Source: an uncultured Verrucomicrobiae bacterium (GTDB lineage Bacteria > Verrucomicrobiota > Verrucomicrobiia > Limisphaerales > UBA11358). Taken from it: 64,000 nucleotides of DNA. Shown here one piece after another: positions 10,838 to 19,523 of the stretch (positions within the stretch are counted from its first letter, which is position 1; every line of letters begins with the position of its first letter). The stretch lies in NCBI GenBank assembly GCA_963762585.1, contig CAVXLF010000023.1, forward strand, positions 219,515 through 283,514. Direction: 5' to 3'. The notes below the pieces were generated by a model that saw only the letters and a program-made list of their open reading frames with translations, made no database searches and was not told the origin of the DNA. The translations under genes and the position numbers were made by a program.

Positions 10838-10883
10838 CCCGGCGTTGCCGCAAGCTGGTTTCACCTTGCGCGCCGGTGAAGTT

Positions 10884-12491
10884 TTACGGCCTTTGCAACT
10901 GGAAGAACTGGCTGGCGTTCGTCGCGTTCAACGTCACCTGGTTCTGATTGTTGGTCACCGTTGGGATCGCGTTCAGCGCGCTCCAGACGATGGGGGGCGC
11001 AAGGCTGGTAGTGGTTTCAACGACAAAGCCATCCGGATAGACGGGCCAGGTGAGCACCAGGTTGGTGCCGGATTGCGTGACGTTCAAGGTCATGCAGAAA
11101 AACTCCCAGGCGAGCGCGTAGGTTTCATTATTGCTCACGGCGTTGGGCCCGCCATGCTTGAGAACCTGCAAATCGTAGCGGCCCTGCGGCAATTGCGGCA
11201 GCCAGAGGTGTTCCACGTTGTCCACCATGCTGGTGCTGGCGGCCACGAGGTTGCTGGACCCGGCGTCATACAGGAAGAGGTCGAGATTGTTGATGTTGGT
11301 TTGATTGGCTTGGCGGTTCCATACCAGGGTCGCGGTGGCGGTGAAGGCGGCCTGGTTCAAGCCGTTGGTAACGTCGAAATAATAGTGGTTTATCCCGTCG
11401 GTGGTGGTGCTGCTGGTATTGGTGCTGAAATCCCAGCCGCTCAGCGCGCCGATGGTGCCGCCCGCTCCCGTGGGCGGATGCGGGCTGTTGGTGGACACGG
11501 TGGTGGAGACAATGTAGCCCTGCTTGCCACCGGTGAGTTGTTCGTAGGAATTAAAGACATCCAATATGCCTGCCCCGTAATTTGTGTCGAGCGGCGATGG
11601 AGGATTGTTCGCCCAACCCGGCGGTTTGACGGCGCCATTGAGGAGCAGCGCCTTTACCGTGCGGATGTCATGGGCGAGATTGGTGGTGCTGCCACCATCG
11701 CCGCGCAAACCGGCCTGCATCAGAATCGCCGCCGCGCCCGCGACATAGGGTGTGGAAAAACTCGCCGCCCCGCCAGGGGCGATGATATCCGGCTTGGCGC
11801 GGCCGTTATCCGGCGTTGGTCCGAAACTTGAACCGCCATCCGAAACGCCAACCCCAATGCCGTTGTAACACGTTGCCGGCGGGCTTACCTGCCCGTTGTT
11901 GCCCGCGCCGGAAACGAACAGCGTGTTGTGTTGCGCGGCGTAATTGTCGTAGGCCGAATCCACCACCTGTTGAATCGCCAGGGGCACCGCGCCGAAAATA
12001 AAACTCTGGTTCACCACCGAGTCGTTGGCGCTGTCAGAATGGATCGACGCGCTGTAGTTTAACGTAATTTGGTTTTGAGCAACCTGGATGAAGTAATTCG
12101 CGTCGTAATTGTCCACGTGCGCCACATTGGTGGCCACTCCCCCGGGGATGCCGTAAAAATTACCCGCCACACTGTCCGCGTGGCCGGATTCGGTGTTTAT
12201 CGAATTGGGATATGTATTCGCCGTACCGAGGCCCGAAGTATAGGTGAAAAGACTCGTCGGCTGTTCCACCACGCCGGCTCCAGGATTGACCTCCCAGTTG
12301 GTCGTCCCCGAATCAAACGCTTCCGGTTGTCCCACCCGAACGCCGGTGCCGTTCAGGTTTGTGGTAACCGTCTCCAACACCGTGACGCCGATGGTGTCGA
12401 GATCTGACGCATGGATCATCAGGTACGGGCACAAACCTCCCAGCACGACCAGCCAAACCCGGATTATTCGCAAACAACGCGCTTTTTTCAT
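10884..12491 (-). CDS. Secreted S8-family serine peptidase with C-terminal putative sorting domain
   Basis: Signal peptide, GHAxxVA, GAGN, KPDIIAPG, SFSTPYVAG; the acidic triad position reads Glu (VGQPE). Confidence 0.8.
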   Translation of the reverse strand: MKKARCLRIIRVWLVVLGGLCPYLMIHASDLDTIGVTVLETVTTNLNGTGVRVGQPEAFDSGTTNWEVNPGAGVVEQPTSLFTYTSGLGTANTYPNSINTESGHADSVAGNFYGIPGGVATNVAHVDNYDANYFIQVAQNQITLNYSASIHSDSANDSVVNQSFIFGAVPLAIQQVVDSAYDNYAAQHNTLFVSGAGNNGQVSPPATCYNGIGVGVSDGGSSFGPTPDNGRAKPDIIAPGGAASFSTPYVAGAAAILMQAGLRGDGGSTTNLAHDIRTVKALLLNGAVKPPGWANNPPSPLDTNYGAGILDVFNSYEQLTGGKQGYIVSTTVSTNSPHPPTGAGGTIGALSGWDFSTNTSSTTTDGINHYYFDVTNGLNQAAFTATATLVWNRQANQTNINNLDLFLYDAGSSNLVAASTSMVDNVEHLWLPQLPQGRYDLQVLKHGGPNAVSNNETYALAWEFFCMTLNVTQSGTNLVLTWPVYPDGFVVETTTSLAPPIVWSALNAIPTVTNNQNQVTLNATNASQFFQLQRP

Positions 12492-12652
12492 GGGGCTGAG
12501 CCCCTAATGTAAGCAGTTTTCATGCTAAAAGTCCAGCTTTTTATCTCAATTCCAGGTGGTTATCATGTTTGTGGGCCATTCGGAAACCCGCATCCGCCGT
12601 TGTGATTCACAGCACGGTTTCTTTTTTGCCCCAACCCGTTACACTCCGAACA

Positions 12653-13396
12653 ATGTCCGACACGCTCGTCGTCAACGAAATCTATTTGAGCCTGCAAGGG
12701 GAAAGCACCTGGGCCGGCCTGCCCTGCATCTTCATCCGGCTCACCGCCTGCAATCTGCGCTGTTCCTATTGTGATACCGCCTACGCTTTCAACGCCGGTG
12801 AAAAAATGTCGCCGGGAAAAATTGTATCCGAAGTGCGGCGGCTGGCCGCCCCGTTTTCAAACTCCCGGCGCTCAACTCCCCACGCTCAACTGCCGCTGGT
12901 TGAGTTGACCGGCGGCGAACCTCTGCTCCAAAAAGCCTGTTTGCCGCTGATGAAGCTGCTTTGCGACGACGGTTTCACCGTGCTGCTTGAAACCAGCGGC
13001 GCGCAGGATATTTCACCGGTTGATTCGCGGGTCCGTCGCATCATGGATTTGAAATGCCCGGGCAGCGGCGAAGTGGGACGCAATCGCTGGGAAAACCTCG
13101 GGCAGCTCAACGCCACCGACGAAATCAAATTTGTCGTCGGCACCCGGCAGGATTATGATTGGACGAAGGAAATCATCGTCCGGCACAAGCTTGACGCGAT
13201 TTGTCCGTTGCTGATTTCGTGGGTGCATCCGTTGTTGCCGGAACAACAGGACAAATCATTGAAAAGAGTTCCGACGGGCCAGACCCCGATTTCGCGACGC
13301 GAACTGGCGGAAAAAATCATTGCCGACGCGTTGCCGGTGCGCTTGCAGGTGCAGCTGCACAAGGTCATTTGGCCGCCGGAACAGCGCGGGGTTTAG
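12653..13396 (+). CDS. queE: 7-carboxy-7-deazaguanine synthase (radical SAM)
   Basis: EIYLSLQGE, CNLRCSYCDT, TGGEP, QLHKVIW. Confidence 0.9.
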   Translation: MSDTLVVNEIYLSLQGESTWAGLPCIFIRLTACNLRCSYCDTAYAFNAGEKMSPGKIVSEVRRLAAPFSNSRRSTPHAQLPLVELTGGEPLLQKACLPLMKLLCDDGFTVLLETSGAQDISPVDSRVRRIMDLKCPGSGEVGRNRWENLGQLNATDEIKFVVGTRQDYDWTKEIIVRHKLDAICPLLISWVHPLLPEQQDKSLKRVPTGQTPISRRELAEKIIADALPVRLQVQLHKVIWPPEQRGV

Positions 13397-13398
13397 AA

Positions 13399-13473
13399 AT
13401 TTGCGATTTGCGATTTGCGATGGTTCCTGAATTTCGGGCGGGCGCGTAAATCGTAAATCCAAAATCGTAAATT
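13399..13473. repeat. Inverted pair of 7-nt tandem arrays (ATTTGCG)3 ... (AAATCGT)-like
   Basis: Directly visible; fills the queE-aminotransferase intergenic gap. Confidence 0.85.
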
Positions 13474-13474
13474 C

Positions 13475-14800
13475 GTGACCACAAAGCAGACACTTCAATT
13501 ACTCCGCGACTACGAATCGCGGAACATCGTTCACATTGAATCCGACGGTTCCTGGCCGATCGTCTGGGACCGCGCCCGGGACGCTCAGGTTTGGGATGCC
13601 GACGGGAAAAAATATCTGGATTTGACCGCGGCGTTTGGCGTGGCTGCCGCCGGTCATGCCAATCCGCGCGTGGTGAAGGCCGGACAAAAACAATTGGCCC
13701 GCCTGCCGCATGCGATGGGCGACGTGCATCCCCACCCGCGCAAGGCCGAACTCGCGCGTGAATTGAGCCGCCTCACCTTCGAGCGTTGGACGAAATCCCC
13801 GGCGGCCCGACGCCCGATGCCCGACCCGATTCGGGGCAAGGTCATTTTCAGCAATTCGGGCTTTGAAGCGGTTGAGTCCGCGCTTAAAACGGCCATGCTC
13901 GCCACGGGCAAACATGGCGTGATTGCCTTTTCCGGTGCGTATCACGGACTTGGTTACGGTGCGCTCAACGTGACCCACCGCGATTTTTTCCGCAACCCGT
14001 TCCATTACCAGCTTCATGAGTTCGGGCATTTTGTCCTGTTCCCATCCATGGCCGGTGATCTGGCGGCGGTCGAATGGGCCATCCGCCGGGTGCTGCGGCG
14101 CGAACGAATCGGCGCGATTCTGGTTGAACCCGTACAGGCCCGGGGCGGCATCAATGTCCCGCCGAAGGAATTTTTGCCGATGCTGCGCCGGTTGTGCGAC
14201 GAACATGGCGCCTTGCTGATTCTCGATGAAATTTACACCGGGTTTGGCCGCACCGGAAAATGGTTTGCCTGCGAGCACAGCGGCGTGGTGCCCGACCTCA
14301 TCTGCCTTGGCAAGGCGCTGACCGGCGGTTTTCCGTTGTCGGCCTGCGTCGGGCGCGCGGACCTCATGGACGCCGCCTGGCCGGAGTCGCACGGTGAAGC
14401 GATTCATACCAGCACCTTTCTCGGTCATCCGGTCGGCTGCGCCATGGCGTTGGCGCAGATCGGAGAAATTGAGCGGCTCAACCTCTGCAGGCGAAGCGCG
14501 GAACTTGGGGAGTTTTTACTCGGCAAATTATCCAGGGTCCAGGCTCCCAAGCTCAAGATTGAAGCGCGCGGTCTGGGGCTGATGGCCGGTATCGAAATCC
14601 GGTTGCCTGACGGCAAACCGGCGACTGCGGTCACGATGCAGGCCGTCAAAACCATGTTGCATCGGGGTTTCATTCTTTTGCCCGAGGGCGAACACGCCAA
14701 CGTCCTCAGCTTCACCCCGCCGTTGACCATCACCCAGGGGCAATTGGGAAAAGCCATCAATGCGCTCGAGGAGGTTTTGAGCACGGACGGGCACGGATAA
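13475..14800 (+). CDS. Class III PLP aminotransferase
   Basis: DADGKKYLD, NSGFEAVE, DEIYTGFGRTG, PDLICLGKALTGG. Confidence 0.92.
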   Translation: MTTKQTLQLLRDYESRNIVHIESDGSWPIVWDRARDAQVWDADGKKYLDLTAAFGVAAAGHANPRVVKAGQKQLARLPHAMGDVHPHPRKAELARELSRLTFERWTKSPAARRPMPDPIRGKVIFSNSGFEAVESALKTAMLATGKHGVIAFSGAYHGLGYGALNVTHRDFFRNPFHYQLHEFGHFVLFPSMAGDLAAVEWAIRRVLRRERIGAILVEPVQARGGINVPPKEFLPMLRRLCDEHGALLILDEIYTGFGRTGKWFACEHSGVVPDLICLGKALTGGFPLSACVGRADLMDAAWPESHGEAIHTSTFLGHPVGCAMALAQIGEIERLNLCRRSAELGEFLLGKLSRVQAPKLKIEARGLGLMAGIEIRLPDGKPATAVTMQAVKTMLHRGFILLPEGEHANVLSFTPPLTITQGQLGKAINALEEVLSTDGHG

Positions 14801-14811
14801 ACAAATTCTCT

Positions 14812-14902
14812 GGTAGGGCGCGTCACTCCGTGCGCGCCGTCGTAGCGGGAATGAACATCCGGTTTGGCAATTGGCGGCGGGCAGAGGACTGCCCGCCCTA
14901 CC
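14812..14902. repeat. GTAG-type REP doublet (REPIN-like)
   Basis: GTAGGGCGCGTCACTCCGTGCGCGCC ... GGCGGGCAGAGGACTGCCCGCCCTAC: two hairpins in inverted orientation. Confidence 0.85.
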
Positions 14903-14963
14903 GACGACATCATGGCGTTTTATCCGTGTCCATCCGTGTTTATCCGTGGTTAAATTCTCCCCG

Positions 14964-15839
14964 GTGAAACTGTCCGAAATGCGGGAACTGTTGGCGGCGC
15001 GCGGGATTCAACTGACCAAATCCCTCGGCCAGAATTTTCTGCACGACGGCAATCAATTGCGGCGGATCATTGGATCTGCCGCCTTGACCCACCATGACAA
15101 GGTTCTCGAAATCGGGCCGGGAATGGGTCCGTTGACCGAATTGCTTCTGGAAAATGCGGGCGAGGTTCTCGCCATTGAGAAAGACGCGCGACTCGTGGAG
15201 TTTTTGCGCGAACGGTTCAAAACCCTCGCCCCGTCCCTCTCCCGTCCGATGGGAGAGGGTGGCCGAAGGCCGGGTGAGGGAAAATTTGATTTGCTCCACG
15301 CCGATGCGCTGGAATTTCTGAAACACGAGCCACGCGATTGGAGCGGCTGGAAGCTCGTGGCGAATCTGCCGTATTCCGTCGCATCGCCGATTCTGGTGGA
15401 ACTGGCGCAAGGCGCGCGCGCGCCGGAAAAAATCGTCGCGACGCTGCAAATCGAGGTGGCGCAACGGTTGATGGCCGAGGCCGGCGACAGGAATTACGGC
15501 GTGTTGACCCTGCTGGTGCAACTGGATTATGCGCCGCGCGGGCATTTCAAGATTCCTGCCGGCTGTTTCTTTCCCGCGCCGGACGTGGATTCGGCCTGCG
15601 TGTTGCTGGATCGCCGCGCCACGCCGCTTCTGCCGGAAAGCCAGCGCGCGGCTTTTGTGAAAATCGTGAAGCGCGCCTTTTCCCAGCGGCGGAAAATGAT
15701 GCTGAAATTGTTGCGTGAAGACTGGCCCGCTGAAAAACTGGGGCGGGCGTTTGCCGAATTGAAAATCTCGCCGCAGGAGCGCGCCGAGAAATTGAGCTTG
15801 GAACAGTTTGTTGAATTGGTAAGGAACCTGGCGGATTGA
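14964..15839 (+). CDS. rsmA: 16S rRNA dimethyltransferase
   Basis: LGQNFL, EIGPGMG, ANLPY, FFPAPDVDS, RAEKLS; start codon uncertain (GTG 14964 or ATG 14979). Confidence 0.95.
   Translation: MKLSEMRELLAARGIQLTKSLGQNFLHDGNQLRRIIGSAALTHHDKVLEIGPGMGPLTELLLENAGEVLAIEKDARLVEFLRERFKTLAPSLSRPMGEGGRRPGEGKFDLLHADALEFLKHEPRDWSGWKLVANLPYSVASPILVELAQGARAPEKIVATLQIEVAQRLMAEAGDRNYGVLTLLVQLDYAPRGHFKIPAGCFFPAPDVDSACVLLDRRATPLLPESQRAAFVKIVKRAFSQRRKMMLKLLREDWPAEKLGRAFAELKISPQERAEKLSLEQFVELVRNLAD
15223..15280. repeat. Palindromic element inserted within rsmA
   Basis: CCCTCGCCCC..CCCTCTCCC-gtccgat-GGGAGAGGG..GGCCGAAGGCC.GGGTGAGGG, nested inverted repeats. Confidence 0.85.
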
Positions 15840-15845
15840 AACAAC

Positions 15846-15904
15846 CGGGCGGATCGCTGTGCTGGCGACCCGGATTTTGGGGACGGCGACACGCCGTCCC
15901 TCCC
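15846..15904. repeat. GGAG-type REP-like doublet
   Basis: GGGACGGCGACACGCCGTCCCTCCC hairpin plus a degenerate partner upstream. Confidence 0.65.
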
Positions 15905-15909
15905 ATAAA

Positions 15910-16419
15910 ATGAGCGAAGAAATATTCGATGTGGTCAATGAGCGCGACGAGGTGGTTGACCGAAAGTCGCGTCGCGAAGTTCATGCGCGGGGTTTGCTGC
16001 ACCGCGCCATTCATGTGCTGGTATTCAATTCACGCGGAGAAACCTTCCTGCAAAAGCGTTCGATGATCAAGGACCGCGAGCCGGGCAAGTGGGATTCCGC
16101 GTCATCCGGGCACGTGGATTCCGGCGAGGATTACGACGCCTGCGCCGTGCGTGAATTGCGCGAGGAAATTGGATTGGTGGTCCCGCAAACGCCGGAGCGT
16201 TTGTTTAAAATTAATGCCTGCACAGAAACGGATCAGGAGTTTGTCTGGGTTTATCGCTGTCAGGCGGAAGGGCCGTTTCAATTGCATCCCGATGAGATTG
16301 AATGCGGCGGGTGGTTTTCCCCGGAAAAAGTCACGCGCTGGATGGCCGGACAGCCGGAGGATTTTGCCGGTGCGTTCCGCTTCATTTGGAAAAAGTATTC
16401 CGTCACCGGGGGCAAATAA
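15910..16419 (+). CDS. NUDIX hydrolase (IPP isomerase-like subfamily)
   Basis: LHRAIHV, GHVDSGE...AVRELREEIG Nudix box. Confidence 0.88.
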   Translation: MSEEIFDVVNERDEVVDRKSRREVHARGLLHRAIHVLVFNSRGETFLQKRSMIKDREPGKWDSASSGHVDSGEDYDACAVRELREEIGLVVPQTPERLFKINACTETDQEFVWVYRCQAEGPFQLHPDEIECGGWFSPEKVTRWMAGQPEDFAGAFRFIWKKYSVTGGK

Positions 16420-16493
16420 ATTTTTCAGAACCTTCACACTTGGCGTGAGGTTTGCTCCTTTACTTGCGCTGAAAATGGGTTAGTTATTTAGCC

Positions 16494-17123
16494 ATGCAAA
16501 ACTTTTTGGTTCCAATTGTGGTCGAACAGACCGGTCGCGGCGAACGGACGTGGGACATTTACTCGCGCCTGCTGGTGGACCGCATCATCTTTCTCGGCAC
16601 GGCGGTGGACGACAATGTGTCCAACATCATCATTGCCCAGTTGCTTTTCCTGCAGATGTCCGACGCGAAAAAGGACATCCATATTTACATCAATTCACCG
16701 GGCGGCAGCGTCACCGCCGGGTTGGCGATTTACGACACGATGCAATATCTGACCTGCGACGTGAATACCTACTGCGTCGGGCAGGCGGCGAGCATGGGGG
16801 CGGTGCTGCTGGCGGCGGGCGCCAAGGGCAAACGCTATGCGCTGCCGAACGCGCGCATCCTCATCCATCAGCCCTGGGGCGGGGTGCAGGGTCAGGCCAG
16901 CGACATCAGCATCCAGGCGAAGGAAATTTTACGGCTCAAGGACCGGCTCAACGAAATTCTCGCCAAACATTGCGGTCGCAAGGTTGAGGACATCGCGCGC
17001 GACACTGACCGCGACCGTTTCATGTCCGCCGACGAGGCGAAGGAATACGGCCTGGTGGATCATGTTGTGCAATCGCGAAAGGAAATCCCCGGCGTGGTGG
17101 AAAAAACCTCGGTGGTGGTTTAA
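16494..17123 (+). CDS. clpP: ATP-dependent Clp protease proteolytic subunit
   Basis: [33 protein letters not shown]. Confidence 0.98.
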   Translation: MQNFLVPIVVEQTGRGERTWDIYSRLLVDRIIFLGTAVDDNVSNIIIAQLLFLQMSDAKKDIHIYINSPGGSVTAGLAIYDTMQYLTCDVNTYCVGQAASMGAVLLAAGAKGKRYALPNARILIHQPWGGVQGQASDISIQAKEILRLKDRLNEILAKHCGRKVEDIARDTDRDRFMSADEAKEYGLVDHVVQSRKEIPGVVEKTSVVV

Positions 17124-17141
17124 TCAAAATCGAAATATACC

Positions 17142-18419
17142 ATGGCCCGGCCAAACAATCTCACCATGTGCAGTTTCTGCGGCAAGTCGCATGCGGAAGT
17201 GCGCAAGCTCATCGCCGGGCCGGGCGTTTACATCTGCGACAACTGCATCATCCTTTGCAAAAACGTCCTCGACCGCGAACTCGAGGTGCAGAACCAGAAA
17301 AAACAGCCAAAGTTCACCGTCCCCAAACCCGCGGAAATCAAACGGATGCTGGACCTGCATTGCGTCGGCCAGGAGCACGCGAAAAAGACCCTGGCGGTCG
17401 CGGTGCACAATCATTTCAAGCGCATCCAGCAGGAGCCGGAGGCGGGAACGGCTTCCGGCAAGACCAAACACGCCGGCGTGGAAATCGAAAAGAGCAATAT
17501 TTTGATGATTGGCCCGACCGGTTCCGGCAAAACCCTGCTGGCGCGCACGCTCGCCCGGGTGCTGGATGTGCCGTTTGCCATCGCCGACGCCACGACGCTG
17601 ACGGAAGCCGGCTACGTGGGCGAAGACGTGGAGAACATTATTTTGCGGTTGTTGCAAAACTCGGATTACGACGTGAAGCGCGCCCAGCGCGGCATCGTTT
17701 ACATTGACGAGATTGACAAGATTGCGCGCAAGGCCGACGGCCCGTCCATCACGCGCGACGTTTCCGGCGAAGGCGTCCAGCAGGCGCTGTTGAAAATCCT
17801 CGAAGGCACGGTTTGCAACGTGCCGCCCCAGGGCGGCCGCAAACATCCGCAACAGGAATATATCCGCGTGGACACGACGGACATCTTGTTCATTTGTGGC
17901 GGGGCGTTTGTCGGTCTGGAGAAAACCATTCACCGGCGGCTCGGCCGGCACACCATGGGTTTTAGCGCCATTGGTGAGATGCAAAAAAGCGCCGTGGCCG
18001 CGCGCGATCAAATTTTACAGCACGCCGAGCCGGAGGATTTGTTGGACTACGGTTTCATTCCCGAGTTCATCGGCCGGCTGCCGGTGGTGACCACGCTGAC
18101 CGAATTGTCCGAGGATCAATTGGTTTCGATTCTCACCGACACCAAGAACGCGCTGACCAAACAGTTCGCCAAACTCATGGCCATGGAAGGCGTGGAACTG
18201 GAATTTACACCCGATGCGCTGCGCGAACTCGCCGTGTTGGCGCTCAAGAAGGGCACCGGCGCGCGGGCGTTGCGCGGCCTGATCGAACGCCTCATGCTCG
18301 ACGTGATGTACGATGCACCCGATAGCGGCGACATCGTTCATGTCAAAATTACCCGGGCGGTTGTGCTGGGTGAAACCCAGCCCATCGTCCGGCGCAAGCA
18401 GGACATGGAAGCAGCGTAG
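17142..18419 (+). CDS. clpX: Clp protease ATP-binding subunit
   Basis: CSFCG/C..C zinc finger, [17 protein letters not shown] loop. Confidence 0.98.
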   Translation: MARPNNLTMCSFCGKSHAEVRKLIAGPGVYICDNCIILCKNVLDRELEVQNQKKQPKFTVPKPAEIKRMLDLHCVGQEHAKKTLAVAVHNHFKRIQQEPEAGTASGKTKHAGVEIEKSNILMIGPTGSGKTLLARTLARVLDVPFAIADATTLTEAGYVGEDVENIILRLLQNSDYDVKRAQRGIVYIDEIDKIARKADGPSITRDVSGEGVQQALLKILEGTVCNVPPQGGRKHPQQEYIRVDTTDILFICGGAFVGLEKTIHRRLGRHTMGFSAIGEMQKSAVAARDQILQHAEPEDLLDYGFIPEFIGRLPVVTTLTELSEDQLVSILTDTKNALTKQFAKLMAMEGVELEFTPDALRELAVLALKKGTGARALRGLIERLMLDVMYDAPDSGDIVHVKITRAVVLGETQPIVRRKQDMEAA

Positions 18420-18471
18420 GAGATTTTCCATTTGCGATTATTGCCACCGGCGGGTGGGCCGCCCGCGCTCC

Positions 18472-19449
18472 TCACCGCGCGAAAATCTGGCGGATGACGT
18501 CTTCGATCGGCACTTCCTGAATGTCAATGTCGGTCACCGGCAATTCGTCCAGCAACGCCTTGCAGACGGAAATCACGCGGTCGCGCTTGACCTTGAGCGT
18601 GATGGCGCTGGGCGTTTTTTCCACCACCTCGCCGTAGCGCAACAGATTTTCGTTCGGGTGCGACTCCGTGCTGGCGCATTGAATCGTGACGAATTTGAAA
18701 TCGGCAAAGCGATCCACGATCTCGCTGAGCTTGCCGTCGAAGAAGATTTTGCCGTGATCAATGATGATGACGCGCTGGCAAAGCGCCTGGATGTCGGCCA
18801 TGTAGTGGCTCGTGAGCAAAATCGTGGTTTTTTGCTCGGCATTGTGGCGGCGGATAAATTCGCGCACGGTCTTTTGGGAAATCACATCCAGCCCGATGGT
18901 CGGTTCGTCGAGGAAGAGCACCTTCGGCTGATGCAGCAGCGACGCGATCAGCTCCATTTTCATCCTCTCACCGAGGGAAAGTTCGCGCACGCTGACGTTG
19001 AGCTTGTCTTTGACGGCGAGCAGTTCGCTCATTTCGGCGACGGTGCGCTCGAAACGGTCGGCGGGGATGCCGTAGATTTTCGCGTTCAGTTCGAGTGATT
19101 CGCGCGCAGGCAAATCCCACCACAGCTGGTTTTTCTGGCCCAGGACGAGTGCGAACTGGCGGCGATAACCGTCAGCGCGTTCCCACGGTGTGTAACCGAG
19201 GACCTTGGCTGAGCCGCTCGTCGGGTAAAGCAGGCCGGCGAGCATTTTGAGCGTGGTGGTCTTGCCCGCGCCGTTCGGGCCGAGAAACCCGACCAGTTCG
19301 CCGGGTTCAATCTGGAAATGCACGTCGTTGACGGCCACCGTCTGCTCGTATTGACGATGAAAAAGCCCTTTGATCGCCCCTGCAAAACCGGGCTGCTTTT
19401 TATAGGTGCGAAAGGCCTTGGTGAGATTGTTAACCTCGATGACCGGCAT
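18472..19449 (-). CDS. ABC-2 type transporter ATP-binding protein
   Basis: GPNGAGKT, LSLGERMK, FLDEPT, H-loop. Confidence 0.92.
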   Translation of the reverse strand: MPVIEVNNLTKAFRTYKKQPGFAGAIKGLFHRQYEQTVAVNDVHFQIEPGELVGFLGPNGAGKTTTLKMLAGLLYPTSGSAKVLGYTPWERADGYRRQFALVLGQKNQLWWDLPARESLELNAKIYGIPADRFERTVAEMSELLAVKDKLNVSVRELSLGERMKMELIASLLHQPKVLFLDEPTIGLDVISQKTVREFIRRHNAEQKTTILLTSHYMADIQALCQRVIIIDHGKIFFDGKLSEIVDRFADFKFVTIQCASTESHPNENLLRYGEVVEKTPSAITLKVKRDRVISVCKALLDELPVTDIDIQEVPIEDVIRQIFAR

Positions 19450-19523
19450 AATCAGCCGCAAAGAAGCACAAACGGCGCAAAAGGGGAAATTTATTTTGTG
19501 ATTTTTGCGCCTTTTCGCGGCAA

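Noticed and set aside
14781-14953. Repeats resembling a mini-CRISPR
   Set aside because: Inverted and short-period rather than direct repeats with unique spacers; no cas genes
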